Source of the DNA: an uncultured Chloroflexia bacterium
GTDB taxonomy: Bacteria; Chloroflexota; Limnocylindria; Limnocylindrales; CSP1-4
DNA: 64,000 nt
Reading direction: 5' to 3'
NCBI GenBank assembly: GCA_963707215.1
Contig: CAVPPB010000001.1
Coordinates: forward strand, 848,780 to 912,779
Part shown: piece by piece, positions 27,684 to 37,829 of the stretch
Position numbering within the stretch: the first letter of the stretch is position 1
How the letters are laid out: the number at the start of each line of letters is the position of its first letter
Translations under genes and position numbers: made by a program
Notes under the pieces: model-generated
Database searches by the model: none
What the model was told of the DNA's origin: nothing
The model's input: the letters and a program-made list of their open reading frames with translations, nothing else

Positions 27684-29558
27684 ATGACGATGAGCGGCGC
27701 GCCGCGCGAGCCCGGGCAGCCCGAGGAAGGGCAGCCGGTCGAGGCCGAGCCCTCGACGCCGGCGATCCAGCCCGGGCCCGAGGCCGTCCCGGAGACTGCG
27801 CCCGAAGCCGCGCCCGTCGGCGAGGCGGCTCCAGCCGAGGACGCCGCGGCGACGCCCGAGGTCGAGGCGACGGCCGGTGAGGCGAGTCCGACCGCCGGAA
27901 CCGACGGCGACCAGGCGGACGGCGACCAGGTCGTGGCCGCCGCAGCCGCCGACGATGCCGCTCCGGACGGAGCCGCCGCCCCGCCGCCATCGCGCCGGAG
28001 CCGGATCCGCCGGTTCTTCCGGCTGCCGCGGTCTCGCCGCGCGCTCGGGGCGCTGATCCTGATCGGCGGCGCTTTCGGGATCGTCGGCATGATCGGCGGC
28101 TACCAGGTCATCCACTGGACGGAGACCGCCGACTTCTGCGGCCGCTGCCACACGATGGGACCCGAGCTGGCGGCCCACGAAGCCGGTCCCCACCAGCAGG
28201 TGTCCTGCGGCGAGTGCCACGTCGAGCCGGGCGTCCAGGGCTGGATCGCTGCGAAGATGAACGGCACCCGCCAGCTGGTCGAGATCATCCTGGGGACCTT
28301 CCCCGAGCCCATCCCGCCTCCCGAGCACGACGCCCTGCCGCCCGCCGAGAGCACCTGCCAGCACTGCCACGAGGTCGCCCGTCTGAACCCGTCGGGGATG
28401 CTCGCCCGGGTCCAGTACACCGAGGACGAGCCGAACACCCGTCAGTTCGTCGGCCTGATGGTCCGGCCGGCCAGCAGCGACGTCTTCGACACCAGCCGGG
28501 GCGTCCACTGGCACGTCATCCAGGACGTCGAGTACTGGACCGACGATCCGTTCGCCCAGGACATCGACCTCGTGGAGGCGACCCAGACCGACGGCAGCAC
28601 CCGGACGTTCATCGCCCAGGACCGGATCATGGTCGCCGAGGACGCCGACCCCGACGTCGAGGCGCTCAAGGCCGACCTCGACCAGGTCCGGATGAGCTGC
28701 TACGACTGCCACAATCGCGTCGGCCATCCGATCCCGAACCCGCGCGAGGGCCTCGATGCCTCGTTGTCCGCGGGGCGGATCGATCAATCCCTCCCGTACA
28801 TCAAGCGCGAGGGGATGCGGATCCTCTGGTCGAGCTACCCGACGGTCGAGGCTGCCGACGCCGAGGCCGAGAAGCTCTCCAACTTCTACGCTCTCTACTA
28901 CCCCGAGGTCATGCGGACCAAGCCGTTCGCGGTCAATGCGGCGATCGACCAGATCCAGTTCCTCTATCGCCTGACAGCGACGCCCGAGATGAAGATCACC
29001 GCGCAGACCTACCCCGACTCGCTGGGTCACACTGACTACCCGGGTTGCTTCCGCTGCCACGACGGCGGCCACTTCCTGGTGGCCGACGGGGCGGTCACCC
29101 GGACGACCATCCCGTCGAGCTGCGACACCTGCCACACCTTCCCCCAGATCGGCGGGGCGGTGGCCAGCCTGCCCATCGGCATCCCGCCGGAGAGCCACGA
29201 CGACACCCAGTACGTCTTCAGCCACCGCGACTACGCGACGTCCGAGGACCCGGGCGGGACGTCCTGCGGCGAGTGCCACGCCCGCGACTACTGCGTCAAC
29301 TGCCACGAGACGGGCGCGGTGACCGTGGAGCACGACCAGATGCTCATCAGCCACGCCGAGTCGATCCGGCAGTCGCCGACCGGCAGCGAGGCCTGCGCCT
29401 ACTGCCACCAGCCGGCCTACTGCTCGCGCTGCCACACGGAGCCGGTGCTCCCCGGCAGCGCCCCCTGGACCGCTGCCGATCCGGGCGCGCTGCCCAAGGG
29501 CCCGCCGGGCCTCGAGTGGCCGCTCTTCGCCGTCCTGCCCGTCGCGACCTCGCCCTGA
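27684..29558 (+). CDS. NapC/NirT-type membrane multiheme cytochrome, ImcH-like, 10 hemes
   Basis: TM then FCGRCHTM, CGECH, CQHCH, DEPNT, GVHWH, MSCYDCHNRVGH, LPYIK, GH..PGCFRCH, CDTCH plus four more CxxCH (CGECH, CVNCH, CAYCH, CSRCH). Confidence 0.88.
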   Translation: MTMSGAPREPGQPEEGQPVEAEPSTPAIQPGPEAVPETAPEAAPVGEAAPAEDAAATPEVEATAGEASPTAGTDGDQADGDQVVAAAAADDAAPDGAAAPPPSRRSRIRRFFRLPRSRRALGALILIGGAFGIVGMIGGYQVIHWTETADFCGRCHTMGPELAAHEAGPHQQVSCGECHVEPGVQGWIAAKMNGTRQLVEIILGTFPEPIPPPEHDALPPAESTCQHCHEVARLNPSGMLARVQYTEDEPNTRQFVGLMVRPASSDVFDTSRGVHWHVIQDVEYWTDDPFAQDIDLVEATQTDGSTRTFIAQDRIMVAEDADPDVEALKADLDQVRMSCYDCHNRVGHPIPNPREGLDASLSAGRIDQSLPYIKREGMRILWSSYPTVEAADAEAEKLSNFYALYYPEVMRTKPFAVNAAIDQIQFLYRLTATPEMKITAQTYPDSLGHTDYPGCFRCHDGGHFLVADGAVTRTTIPSSCDTCHTFPQIGGAVASLPIGIPPESHDDTQYVFSHRDYATSEDPGGTSCGECHARDYCVNCHETGAVTVEHDQMLISHAESIRQSPTGSEACAYCHQPAYCSRCHTEPVLPGSAPWTAADPGALPKGPPGLEWPLFAVLPVATSP

Positions 29559-29583
29559 GCGAGGTCGAGGAAGGAGTCGTCCC

Positions 29584-30153
29584 ATGCGCGCCCCGTCTGC
29601 TCCCGGAACCGGTCGGCGACCTCTTGTCGTCGCCTGGTTGCCGATCTTCCTCGTCCTCGTCCTCGGCGGCGCCGTCGCCGGCTGCTCGGCGCAGCACGAC
29701 GGCAGTGGTCCGCCGGTCAGCGCCATGCCGAGCCACACGCCCGAGGCCCACGCCTCGATGGCCCCGGACGAGGCCGGAGATGTCCCGACCGCGGACGAGG
29801 TCGCCGCGGCCTGGGCGATGCGCCCCGACTTCGTCTCGGGGGCGGACCAGCAGACCCAGGCGGCCTACGCCTTCGCCGTGGCCCGGCCCGACGTCGTCCA
29901 GTGGCTGCCCTGCTACTGCGGCTGCGGGGCGATGGGCCACCTGAGCAACCTCGACTGCTTCGTCAAGCCCACCGAGGGCGCGCCGGTCGTCTTCGAGGAG
30001 CACGGCTCCTACTGCGGCGTCTGCGTGGAGACGGCCCTGATGGCCCAGGACATGCTCGCCAAGGGCGCCACCCTGATCCAGATGCGGGCCGCCGTCGACA
30101 TCGAGTTCGGCGACCTCGCCCCGGGTACTCCGACGGATCTGCCGCCCGGCTGA
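29584..30153 (+). CDS. PCYCGC-motif lipoprotein
   Basis: VAGC lipobox; LPCYCGC..GHLSNLDCF...HGSYCGVC. Confidence 0.88.
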   Translation: MRAPSAPGTGRRPLVVAWLPIFLVLVLGGAVAGCSAQHDGSGPPVSAMPSHTPEAHASMAPDEAGDVPTADEVAAAWAMRPDFVSGADQQTQAAYAFAVARPDVVQWLPCYCGCGAMGHLSNLDCFVKPTEGAPVVFEEHGSYCGVCVETALMAQDMLAKGATLIQMRAAVDIEFGDLAPGTPTDLPPG

Positions 30154-30277
30154 GCCCCGCCCGGGCGCGATCCCGGATCCGAGCCGTTGCACCGGGGTGC
30201 GACACTGCACGGACCGGCCGCCCCCCGACGGATCGCCCCTGGTCCGACGGGTCGGCCGCGCGACGGAGGGCCCACCC

Positions 30278-30598
30278 ATGCCCAAGTACCTCTTCAAGGC
30301 GGCATACACGAGCGCCGGCGCTGCCGGTCTGCTCAAGGACGGCGGCTCGGGCCGCAAGGAGGCGGTCGAGGCCCTGGTGGCCAGCGTCGGCGGGACCGTC
30401 GAGTCGATGTACTGGGCGCTCGGCGCGGACGACTTCTTCCTCGTCGCCGACGTGCCGGATGCCGCGGCCGCCGCCTCGGCCAGCCTCACCGTCGGGGCCA
30501 GTGGTGCGGCCCGGGTCGAGACCGTTCAGCTCCTCACGCCGGCCGACGTGGACGAGGCCGTCAAGCGGCGGGTGGAATACCGGGCCCCGGGCAGCTGA
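30278..30598 (+). CDS. GYD domain protein
   Basis: MPKYLFKAAYT..G..GLLKDGGSGR...SVGGTVESMYWALG.DD; GGAGG RBS. Confidence 0.85.
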   Translation: MPKYLFKAAYTSAGAAGLLKDGGSGRKEAVEALVASVGGTVESMYWALGADDFFLVADVPDAAAAASASLTVGASGAARVETVQLLTPADVDEAVKRRVEYRAPGS

Positions 30599-30725
30599 CC
30601 CCGGACCGAAGCGCGATCGGGCCGGCCGTACCAGCCGACGGCCGGCCTTCGCATGCCCCCCGCGCCCGGACCGGCCTCCCCGGGCGCGCGCCGGCCCGAC
30701 GCGATCCGGGCTACGCTTGGCCACG

Positions 30726-31691
30726 ATGATCGTCGACGTCCAGACCCTGTCGCGCCGCTTCGGCAAGCTGGAGGCGGTCAAGGACGTCTCGTTCGGCGTC
30801 GCCGAGGGCGAGGTCTTCGGGTTCCTGGGCCCCAATGGCGCCGGCAAGACGACGACGATCAACATGCTCTGCACGCTGCTCACCCCCACTTCGGGCGGGG
30901 CGACCGTCAATGGCTTCGACATCGTCCGCCAGCGAAGCGACGTCCGGCGCTCCATCGGCCTGGTCTTCCAGCAGCCGACCCTCGACGAGTACCTCACGGC
31001 TGAGCAGAACCTGCGCTTCCACGGCTACGCCTACGGCATGCCGAAGAACGTCCGCGAGCCTCGCATGCGCGAGCTCCTCGAGATGGTCGAACTCTGGGAC
31101 CGTCGCAAGAGCGACGTCCGGACCTACTCCGGCGGGATGAAGCGCCGCCTGGAGATCGCCCGCGGACTCCTCCACCACCCGCGGGTGCTGTTCCTCGACG
31201 AGCCGACCCTGGGCCTGGACCCGCAGACCCGCCGCCGGATCTGGCAGTACCTCCTGGACCTCCGCGAGCGCGAGGGACTGACGATCTTCATGACGACCCA
31301 CTACATGGACGAGGCCGAGTACTGCGACCGGATCGCGGTCATCGACCACGGCGGGATCGTGGGACTCGACACGCCGCGAGCCCTCAAGGACGCCGTCGGG
31401 GGCGACCTCATCAGCCTTCGGGCCGCCGACGAGGAGGCGGCCGTCGCCGAGATCCGGGCCCGCTACGGGATCGATCCCCAGGTGACCGACGGGACCATCC
31501 GCTTCCACGTCCCCGACGGCGAGACCTTCCTGCCCGAGCTGGTCCGCACGTTCGGCCAGCCGATGACCTCGGTCGGTCTCCAGCGACCGACCCTCGACGA
31601 CGTCTTCCTGACCCTGACCGGCCACGAGATCCGCGACGAGGAAGTGTCGGGCTACGACCAGATGCTCCGCCGCGGCCGGGGACCCCACTGA
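30726..31691 (+). CDS. ABC-2/DrrA-type exporter ATP-binding protein
   Basis: GPNGAGKTT, YSGGMKRRLEIARG, LFLDEPTLGLD, TTHYMDEA, PTLDDVFL. Confidence 0.93.
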   Translation: MIVDVQTLSRRFGKLEAVKDVSFGVAEGEVFGFLGPNGAGKTTTINMLCTLLTPTSGGATVNGFDIVRQRSDVRRSIGLVFQQPTLDEYLTAEQNLRFHGYAYGMPKNVREPRMRELLEMVELWDRRKSDVRTYSGGMKRRLEIARGLLHHPRVLFLDEPTLGLDPQTRRRIWQYLLDLREREGLTIFMTTHYMDEAEYCDRIAVIDHGGIVGLDTPRALKDAVGGDLISLRAADEEAAVAEIRARYGIDPQVTDGTIRFHVPDGETFLPELVRTFGQPMTSVGLQRPTLDDVFLTLTGHEIRDEEVSGYDQMLRRGRGPH

Positions 31692-32485
31692 TGGCCGAGG
31701 ACTGGCGCGGCGTCTGGGTCGTCGCCTACCGCGAGCTGCTGCGCTTCGTCCGCGACCGCTCCCGGCTCGTCTCGTCGTTCGCCTTCCCGCTGCTCTTCCT
31801 GGTCATCTTCGGGGCCGGCTTCTCGCAGACGATGGGCACGCTCGCGCCGGGCGTCGACTTCGTCCAGTTCATGTACCCGGGCATCATCGCGATGACCGTC
31901 CTGACGACCTCGCTCTTCGCCGGCATCAGCGTCGTCTGGGACCGCGAGTTCGGGTTCCTCAAGGAGGTCCTGGTCGCCCCGATGGGCCGGACGGGCATCA
32001 CCCTGGGCAAGGCCTTCGGGGCCGTGGTGGTCGCCGGCATCCAGGTCGGGATCATGCTCGTGCTGGCACCGATCGTGGGGGTGCCCCTGGACCTGGCGAC
32101 CATCGTCGCCCTCGTGCCGATCGTCACGATCCTCTCGCTCGGGCTCGCCGGCCTGGGGATCCTGGTCGCCTCGTTCATGCGGTCCCAGCAGGGCTTCCAG
32201 CTGCTCATCCAGATCATCATCTTCCCGTTGATCTTCCTGGCCGGGGTCTTCTTCCCGGTCAACGCGGTCCCCCTCTGGCTCGAGGTCATCTCCAAGCTCA
32301 ACCCGCTGACCTACGGCGTCGACGCCATCCGCCAGGTCCTGCTGGGCCCCGAGGCGGCCCAGGCCGGTCTCGGGGTGACCGTCTTCGGCCACACCATGAC
32401 CGTCGTCGAGGACGTCCTGGTCGTCGCCGCGCTCGGCTCGGTGCTCCTCGGCGCCGCGGTCTGGGCCTTCCGCCGCCAGGAGTAG
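31691..32485 (+). CDS. ABC-2 type exporter permease
   Basis: DREFGFLKEVLVAP, NPLTYGVDAIR; six TMs. Confidence 0.92.
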   Translation: MAEDWRGVWVVAYRELLRFVRDRSRLVSSFAFPLLFLVIFGAGFSQTMGTLAPGVDFVQFMYPGIIAMTVLTTSLFAGISVVWDREFGFLKEVLVAPMGRTGITLGKAFGAVVVAGIQVGIMLVLAPIVGVPLDLATIVALVPIVTILSLGLAGLGILVASFMRSQQGFQLLIQIIIFPLIFLAGVFFPVNAVPLWLEVISKLNPLTYGVDAIRQVLLGPEAAQAGLGVTVFGHTMTVVEDVLVVAALGSVLLGAAVWAFRRQE

Positions 32486-32573
32486 CCCCCGGCTGCAACG
32501 CTCGCGCCTCTCCGGCGTCCCCTCTCTGGCCGCACCTCGACGATGACGGCCGCCGAGCGTGAGGGAGCGAGCG

Positions 32574-35500
32574 ATGGAACGCGCAGGACCGCCCGCCGAC
32601 AGCGGGCTCGAAGCCAGGATCGAGGCACTCGAGACGCGCCTCGGACGCCTGGAGGCCGAGACCGACGCTGACGCGCCAGGCTCGCTGGCCGGCCGGATCC
32701 GGACGCTCGAGACGGCGATGCGGAGCCTCCCGCGACAGCCCCCCTCGGCCGTGCGCCCGATCCCCGCCTCGCGACGCGCGGACGCAGCCGGGACCGAGAC
32801 GCCCGAGCGGGCGGCTGCGACGCCGGCCGTCCCGATAGCGCGCCCGGTGGCTGCCGCTGCCGCGAAAGTCTCGAGACCACCGACCGCCGATCAGAGGCCG
32901 GCCGCGGCCGCCCAGCCGCCCGTCGCCGCCGCTCGGCCGCCGGTCGCTCCCCGACCGGACACGGCGCCGGCCTGGACGCCGGCGCCCGGGCCGTCCTTCG
33001 CCCTCCCGGCCGCGGTCCGGGACCGGCTGCCGGAGCTCGATTCCCGCGAGGCCCTGGGTCGGTTCATCCAGGAGAACACCGGCCGGGCGCTGGCCTGGGT
33101 CGGCGGCACGGCCGTCGTCGTGGCCGCCATCGTCTTCCTGGGCTGGGGCATCCAGACCGGGATGATCACCGAGCCCTGGCGGGTCCTCATCGGCCTGGTC
33201 GCTGGCAGCGCCGCCGTCGCTCTGGGGGCCTGGTTCCTGGAGCGCAGGAACGTCCTGCTGGGCCACGTCCTGACCCCCGTCGGCCTCGCCATCATCATGA
33301 TCGCCCTCGTCGCCGGGACCAGGCTCTACGAGCTCTTCCCGGTGCCGGTGGGGCTGGCGGTCGCCCTGTTCGCGGCCGCCCTGACGGCCCTGATCGCCGT
33401 CCGGGCCGACTCCCAGCTCGTGGCCGGCTTCGGCCTGGTCAGCGTCCTGGCGGCACCGCCGCTCCTTGGCGCGTCGCCGGACCTGGTGACCCTCGCCTTC
33501 GTCGGGACGGCCCTCGTGGGCACGACGGCCATCGCCCTCTGGAGGACCTGGTCGTGGCTGCCGCCGGTGGCCTTCGTCCTGGCCGCTCCGCAGGCGGCGA
33601 ACTGGCTCATGGGCGAGACCGACGTGGCCTTCGGCCTCGTCGGACTGGCCGCCTTCTGGACCCTCAATGCGGTCGCCGCCGGAGGCGAGGAGTTCCGCCG
33701 CCGCCGGCTCGACCTCAGCCCATCGTCGGCGACGCTCGTCCTGGCCGACGCGGCCTTCCTCGTCTGGGGCGGCTTCGTCCTGCTCGACGGCGATCTCGTG
33801 TCCTGGCGGGGATCGTTCCTCGTCGTCGCGGCCATCGCCAACCTCGCCCTCGGCGCCTGGTTCCTGCTCCGGGATGGCGACCAGAGCCTGTTCGGGCTCC
33901 TGGTCGCCGGGACCGGCGTCGCGGTCCTGACGCTGGCCGCCCCGGTCGGTCTTGGGGCTCCCGCGGTCCCGATCGCCTGGACGGCCGAGGCCGTCGCCCT
34001 CGCCTGGCTCGCCTCGCGACGCAGTCATGCCTACAGCGCCATCGTCGGAGCGATCCTCTATGGGCTGGCAGCTGCCTACCTCCTGGTGGTCGTCTTCCCG
34101 TTCGCCGCCGCCTGGGACGGCGTGGCCTTCCCCGGCGCCCCGCTGGCCCTCGTCGCCTTCGACGCCGGGCTGGTCCTGGGAGCAGCCCTCGTCCGCGACC
34201 GCTCGGCCTGGAGCGTGCTCGCGACGGTCGGCCTGCTGGTGACCGCCTGGTCGATCGGCGTCGCCGCCGAGAGCACCTGGGCCGTCGTCGGCCTGACCGT
34301 GCTGGTCGTCGCCGGCGCGGCGATCCGCCGGGCCCTGCCGCTGCTGCCGGAGCACCGGCTCGCCTGGACCTCCGGCGGCCGGATCGTCATCGCCCACGAG
34401 CAGGAGGCGGGGCTTCGAGACCTCGCTCGCTCGACCCTGCCGGCAGCCGTCCTCGCGGTCGGTGGGGCCGCCACGGTCCTCGTCGTCGGCGTCACCGCGA
34501 CCAGCGTGACCGGCGACCGTCCGTTCCTCGATGCCGCGGGAGGGGCCCTGGGCCTCTACCTCGTCGGCCTCGCGGCTGCCGGGGTCATCGAGCGGTCCTG
34601 GACGACCCGCCAGGCGCTCGCGGCGCTCGGGGTCCTCGTCCTCGGCTGGGCCTGTGCGTGGGAGCTCGACGGCATCGTCCTTGTCGCGGCCTGGACAGCC
34701 CTGGCCGTCGTGGCGACCGCCGCCTGGCGCGGCCTCCGCTACGGCGAGGCGCTCGAGGCGGCTGGGACGAGCGCGGCGACGACACGGCCGAGCGCCGGAC
34801 GCCCGTCGAGCATGGGTGGTCTCCCGGTGTCCGGCCTGGTCCTGCCCGGGGCGACCGCCATCGTCGGCTTCCTGGCCGTCGTCCACGTCATCACCAACGA
34901 GCTTCCGTACTGGGACTTCGGCCGGGCCTACCCGCCCGACGTGCCGTTCGCCGACACCGGGTCGCTGGCCGCCGCGATCCTGGCCGGCGGCGCGATCGCC
35001 ATCGGCCTGCTGGTCGGCGGCCCGACCGCCCGTCGAGCCGGCGTCCTGGCGGCCGGGATCGCCGCCGCCTACCTCGTCCCGTTCGAGGTCTTCGCCTGGG
35101 CGGTGGCCTCGATCTGGGCCGGCATGGCCGTCGCGGCGGTCGTCGCCTCGCGGATCGACCGGTCCGATCCGGGCGCCTTCCGGATCGCCTCGGGCGCCAT
35201 CCTGGTGGCCGCGGCGGCGGTCGCCGTCGGCATCGTGGCCCCACCCGTGCGGCTGTTGCTGCCGGAGGGCGGCCTGACCGTCGGCGCCGCGGTCGAGACG
35301 GCGGTGGCCCTGGGCTGGGTCGTCCTGGCGGGCGCCGTGGTCGCCTGGAACGAGCTAACCGAGCGCTGGGGCCGCGCCATCGAGGTGGCTGTCGCGGTCG
35401 GCTTCGTCTATGCCCTCTCCGTGATCACGGTCGACGTCTTCGCGACGCAGGTCGGCGGTGCGATCCCGACCGAGGATCTTCGGTCCCAGGCCCAGCTCGC

Positions 35501-35774
35501 GATGAGCGTGCTGTGGGTGGTCCTGGGCGCGATCAGCTTCATGCTCGGGCTCTGGCGCGGTCGCGACGACCTGCGGCTCGGCGGACTGGCGCTGTTGGCG
35601 CTCGCCGCGGTCAAGGTGTTCGTCTTCGACACGGCCTCGCTCGAGGGCATCTACCGGGCCGGCTCGTTCTTCTTCCTCGGCCTGGCGCTGCTGGGTCTGG
35701 CCTGGCTCTGGCAGCACTTCCGCCCCGGCGGCCCCATTCGAGGTCCGCACGCGCCGGGACGACCGGCCCACTGA
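32574..35774 (+). CDS. DUF2339-like large polytopic membrane protein
   Basis: N-terminal coiled coil and Pro-rich linker, many TMs, C-terminal LRLGGLALL..AAVKVFVFD..L.GIYRAGSF. Confidence 0.8.
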   Translation: MERAGPPADSGLEARIEALETRLGRLEAETDADAPGSLAGRIRTLETAMRSLPRQPPSAVRPIPASRRADAAGTETPERAAATPAVPIARPVAAAAAKVSRPPTADQRPAAAAQPPVAAARPPVAPRPDTAPAWTPAPGPSFALPAAVRDRLPELDSREALGRFIQENTGRALAWVGGTAVVVAAIVFLGWGIQTGMITEPWRVLIGLVAGSAAVALGAWFLERRNVLLGHVLTPVGLAIIMIALVAGTRLYELFPVPVGLAVALFAAALTALIAVRADSQLVAGFGLVSVLAAPPLLGASPDLVTLAFVGTALVGTTAIALWRTWSWLPPVAFVLAAPQAANWLMGETDVAFGLVGLAAFWTLNAVAAGGEEFRRRRLDLSPSSATLVLADAAFLVWGGFVLLDGDLVSWRGSFLVVAAIANLALGAWFLLRDGDQSLFGLLVAGTGVAVLTLAAPVGLGAPAVPIAWTAEAVALAWLASRRSHAYSAIVGAILYGLAAAYLLVVVFPFAAAWDGVAFPGAPLALVAFDAGLVLGAALVRDRSAWSVLATVGLLVTAWSIGVAAESTWAVVGLTVLVVAGAAIRRALPLLPEHRLAWTSGGRIVIAHEQEAGLRDLARSTLPAAVLAVGGAATVLVVGVTATSVTGDRPFLDAAGGALGLYLVGLAAAGVIERSWTTRQALAALGVLVLGWACAWELDGIVLVAAWTALAVVATAAWRGLRYGEALEAAGTSAATTRPSAGRPSSMGGLPVSGLVLPGATAIVGFLAVVHVITNELPYWDFGRAYPPDVPFADTGSLAAAILAGGAIAIGLLVGGPTARRAGVLAAGIAAAYLVPFEVFAWAVASIWAGMAVAAVVASRIDRSDPGAFRIASGAILVAAAAVAVGIVAPPVRLLLPEGGLTVGAAVETAVALGWVVLAGAVVAWNELTERWGRAIEVAVAVGFVYALSVITVDVFATQVGGAIPTEDLRSQAQLAMSVLWVVLGAISFMLGLWRGRDDLRLGGLALLALAAVKVFVFDTASLEGIYRAGSFFFLGLALLGLAWLWQHFRPGGPIRGPHAPGRPAH

Positions 35775-35957
35775 CGAACGGTCCTCCGGGGATCGTCCCG
35801 CCCCTCACCGGGGCGATCCCCGGGCAACCACCACCCGGCCCAGCCGGTCCCGCGACCGGGCGCCGGGCGCTCGACGTCTCGCTCGACGCCCCGCGCGACG
35901 TCCCGCTCCCCGGTCCCGTCGGCCCGCGACCCCCGGCGCTCGGCCATCCTGCCCGCC

Positions 35958-37660
35958 ATGGCCGCCGGCGCACCCTCGGCACCCCCCTTCCCCCGCCTGT
36001 TCGCGCCCCTCCGGATCGGCGGTGTGACGCTGCCGAACCGGATCGTCTCGACGGGTCACGACACCGTCATGGCGGCGGACGGCCTGGTGACCGACCGGCT
36101 CGTCGCCTACCAGGAGGCCCGGGCGGCCGGCGGGGTCGGGCTGATCGTCATCCAGGTGGCCGGGGTCCACCCGACGGCCGAGTACACCTCGCATGCCCTG
36201 ATGGCCCACGACGACGCCTGCATCCCGGGCTTCCGACGGCTGGCCCGGGCGATCCAGGGCCACGGGGTGCCCGTGTTCGGCCAGATCTTCCACGGGGGGC
36301 GCGAGGTCATGGACTCCGAGGACGGGTCGCTCGCGCTCGCCGTCGCCCCGTCGGCCGTGCCGAGCGAGCGCTTCCACGTCATCCCCATGGCGATGCCGAT
36401 CCCGCTGATCGAGGAGATCGTCGCCGGCTACGCCGCGGCCGCCGGCCGGCTCCAGGTCGCCGGCCTGGACGGGGTCGAGATCATCGCCAGCCACGGCTAC
36501 CTGCCGGCCCAGTTCCTCAACCCGCGGGTCAACCTGCGGACCGACCGCTACGGCGGCGACGACGAGGGCCGCCTGCGGTTCCTCCGCGAGACGATCGCCG
36601 CGGTGCGCGGGGTGGTCGGCGACGAGCTCGTCGTCGGCCTGCGGGTCTCGCTCGACGAGATCGGCCACGACGGCCTGACCGCCGAAGAGTTCCTGGCCGC
36701 CGTGACCGCCCTCGACCGCGATGGCGGACTGAGCTACGTCAGCGTCGCGGCCGGCTCCTCGGCGACCCTCGCCGGCTCGGTCCACATCGTCCCGCCGATG
36801 AGCGAGCCGAACGCCTACACGGCTCCGCTGGCGGCACGGGTCCGGGCGGCCGTGTCCGTCCCGGTGATCGTCGCCGGGCGGGTCAATCAGCCCCAGGAGG
36901 CCGAGGCGATCCTGGCGGCCGGCCAGGCCGATGCGGTGGCCATGACCCGGGCGCTCATCAGCGATCCGCTCCTGCCGCGGAAGGCCCTGGAGGGCCGGCT
37001 CGACGACATCCGCGCCTGCGTGGGCTGCGACCAGGCCTGCATCGGCCACTTCCACGCCGGCTACCCCATCTCCTGCATCCAGTACCCGGAGTCCGGCCGT
37101 GAGCTCGAGTACGGTCGTCGGGTGCCGGCACGACCGGCGCGGGACGTCGTCGTCGTCGGTGGCGGTCCGGGAGGGCTCAAGGCGGCGGCCGTGGCCGCCG
37201 AGCGCGGGCATCGGGTGACCCTCTTCGAGGCGGCCCGCCGGGTCGGCGGCCAGGTCCTCCTGGCCGAGAAGCTGCCCGGTCGAGCCGAGTTCGGCGGAGT
37301 GGCCATCAACCTGCTCGGCGAGGCGCGACGGGCCGGGGTCGCCATCGAGACGAGCGTGCGGGTGGATGCCGCGACGATCCACGGGCTTGCGCCCGACGCC
37401 GTCATCGTGGCGACCGGGGCCACGCCACGGAGGCCGCCGCTCGAACTGGTCGGCGAGCCGCTCGTCCTCGACGCCTGGGAGGTCCTGGGCGGGGCCGACG
37501 TCCCCGACGGCCGGGTCGTCGTCGCCGACTGGCGGTGCGACTGGGTCGGCCTGGGCATCGCCGAGCTGCTGGGCCGGCGGGGCCGCCGGGTCACGCTCGC
37601 CTCGACCGGCTACATGGCCGGTCAGCGGATCCAGCAGTACGTGCGTGACACGATGACGGC
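35958..37660 (+). CDS. NADH:flavin oxidoreductase (OYE/TMADH/DgcA-like), truncated at apparent junction
   Basis: TLPNRIVS, ARAAGGVGLI, DGVEIIASHGYL..QFL, RTDRYGG, CVGCDQAC..C Fe-S motif, VVVGGGPGG; homology stops after QQYVRDTM. Confidence 0.88.
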
Positions 37661-37829
37661 CGCGCCATCGGCGTGGTGTTGTTTCTGCGGCGGCACACGC
37701 GGTCGGATGACGAAGGCCCGGAAGTAGCCTGAACGCCAGGACGCCGGACGATCGCCGGCCTCCCGCAGCCAATCGGTGAGGGCGTTATGATTGCCCGCAG
37801 GCTCCCTCAGTTACGTTGGAGAATCGACC

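Noticed and set aside
30726-32485. ABC exporter as CcmAB or a cytochrome secretion system
   Set aside because: Motifs fit generic DrrAB/ABC-2 exporters, the locus uses System II, and a GYD gene separates it; there is no evidence of linkage.
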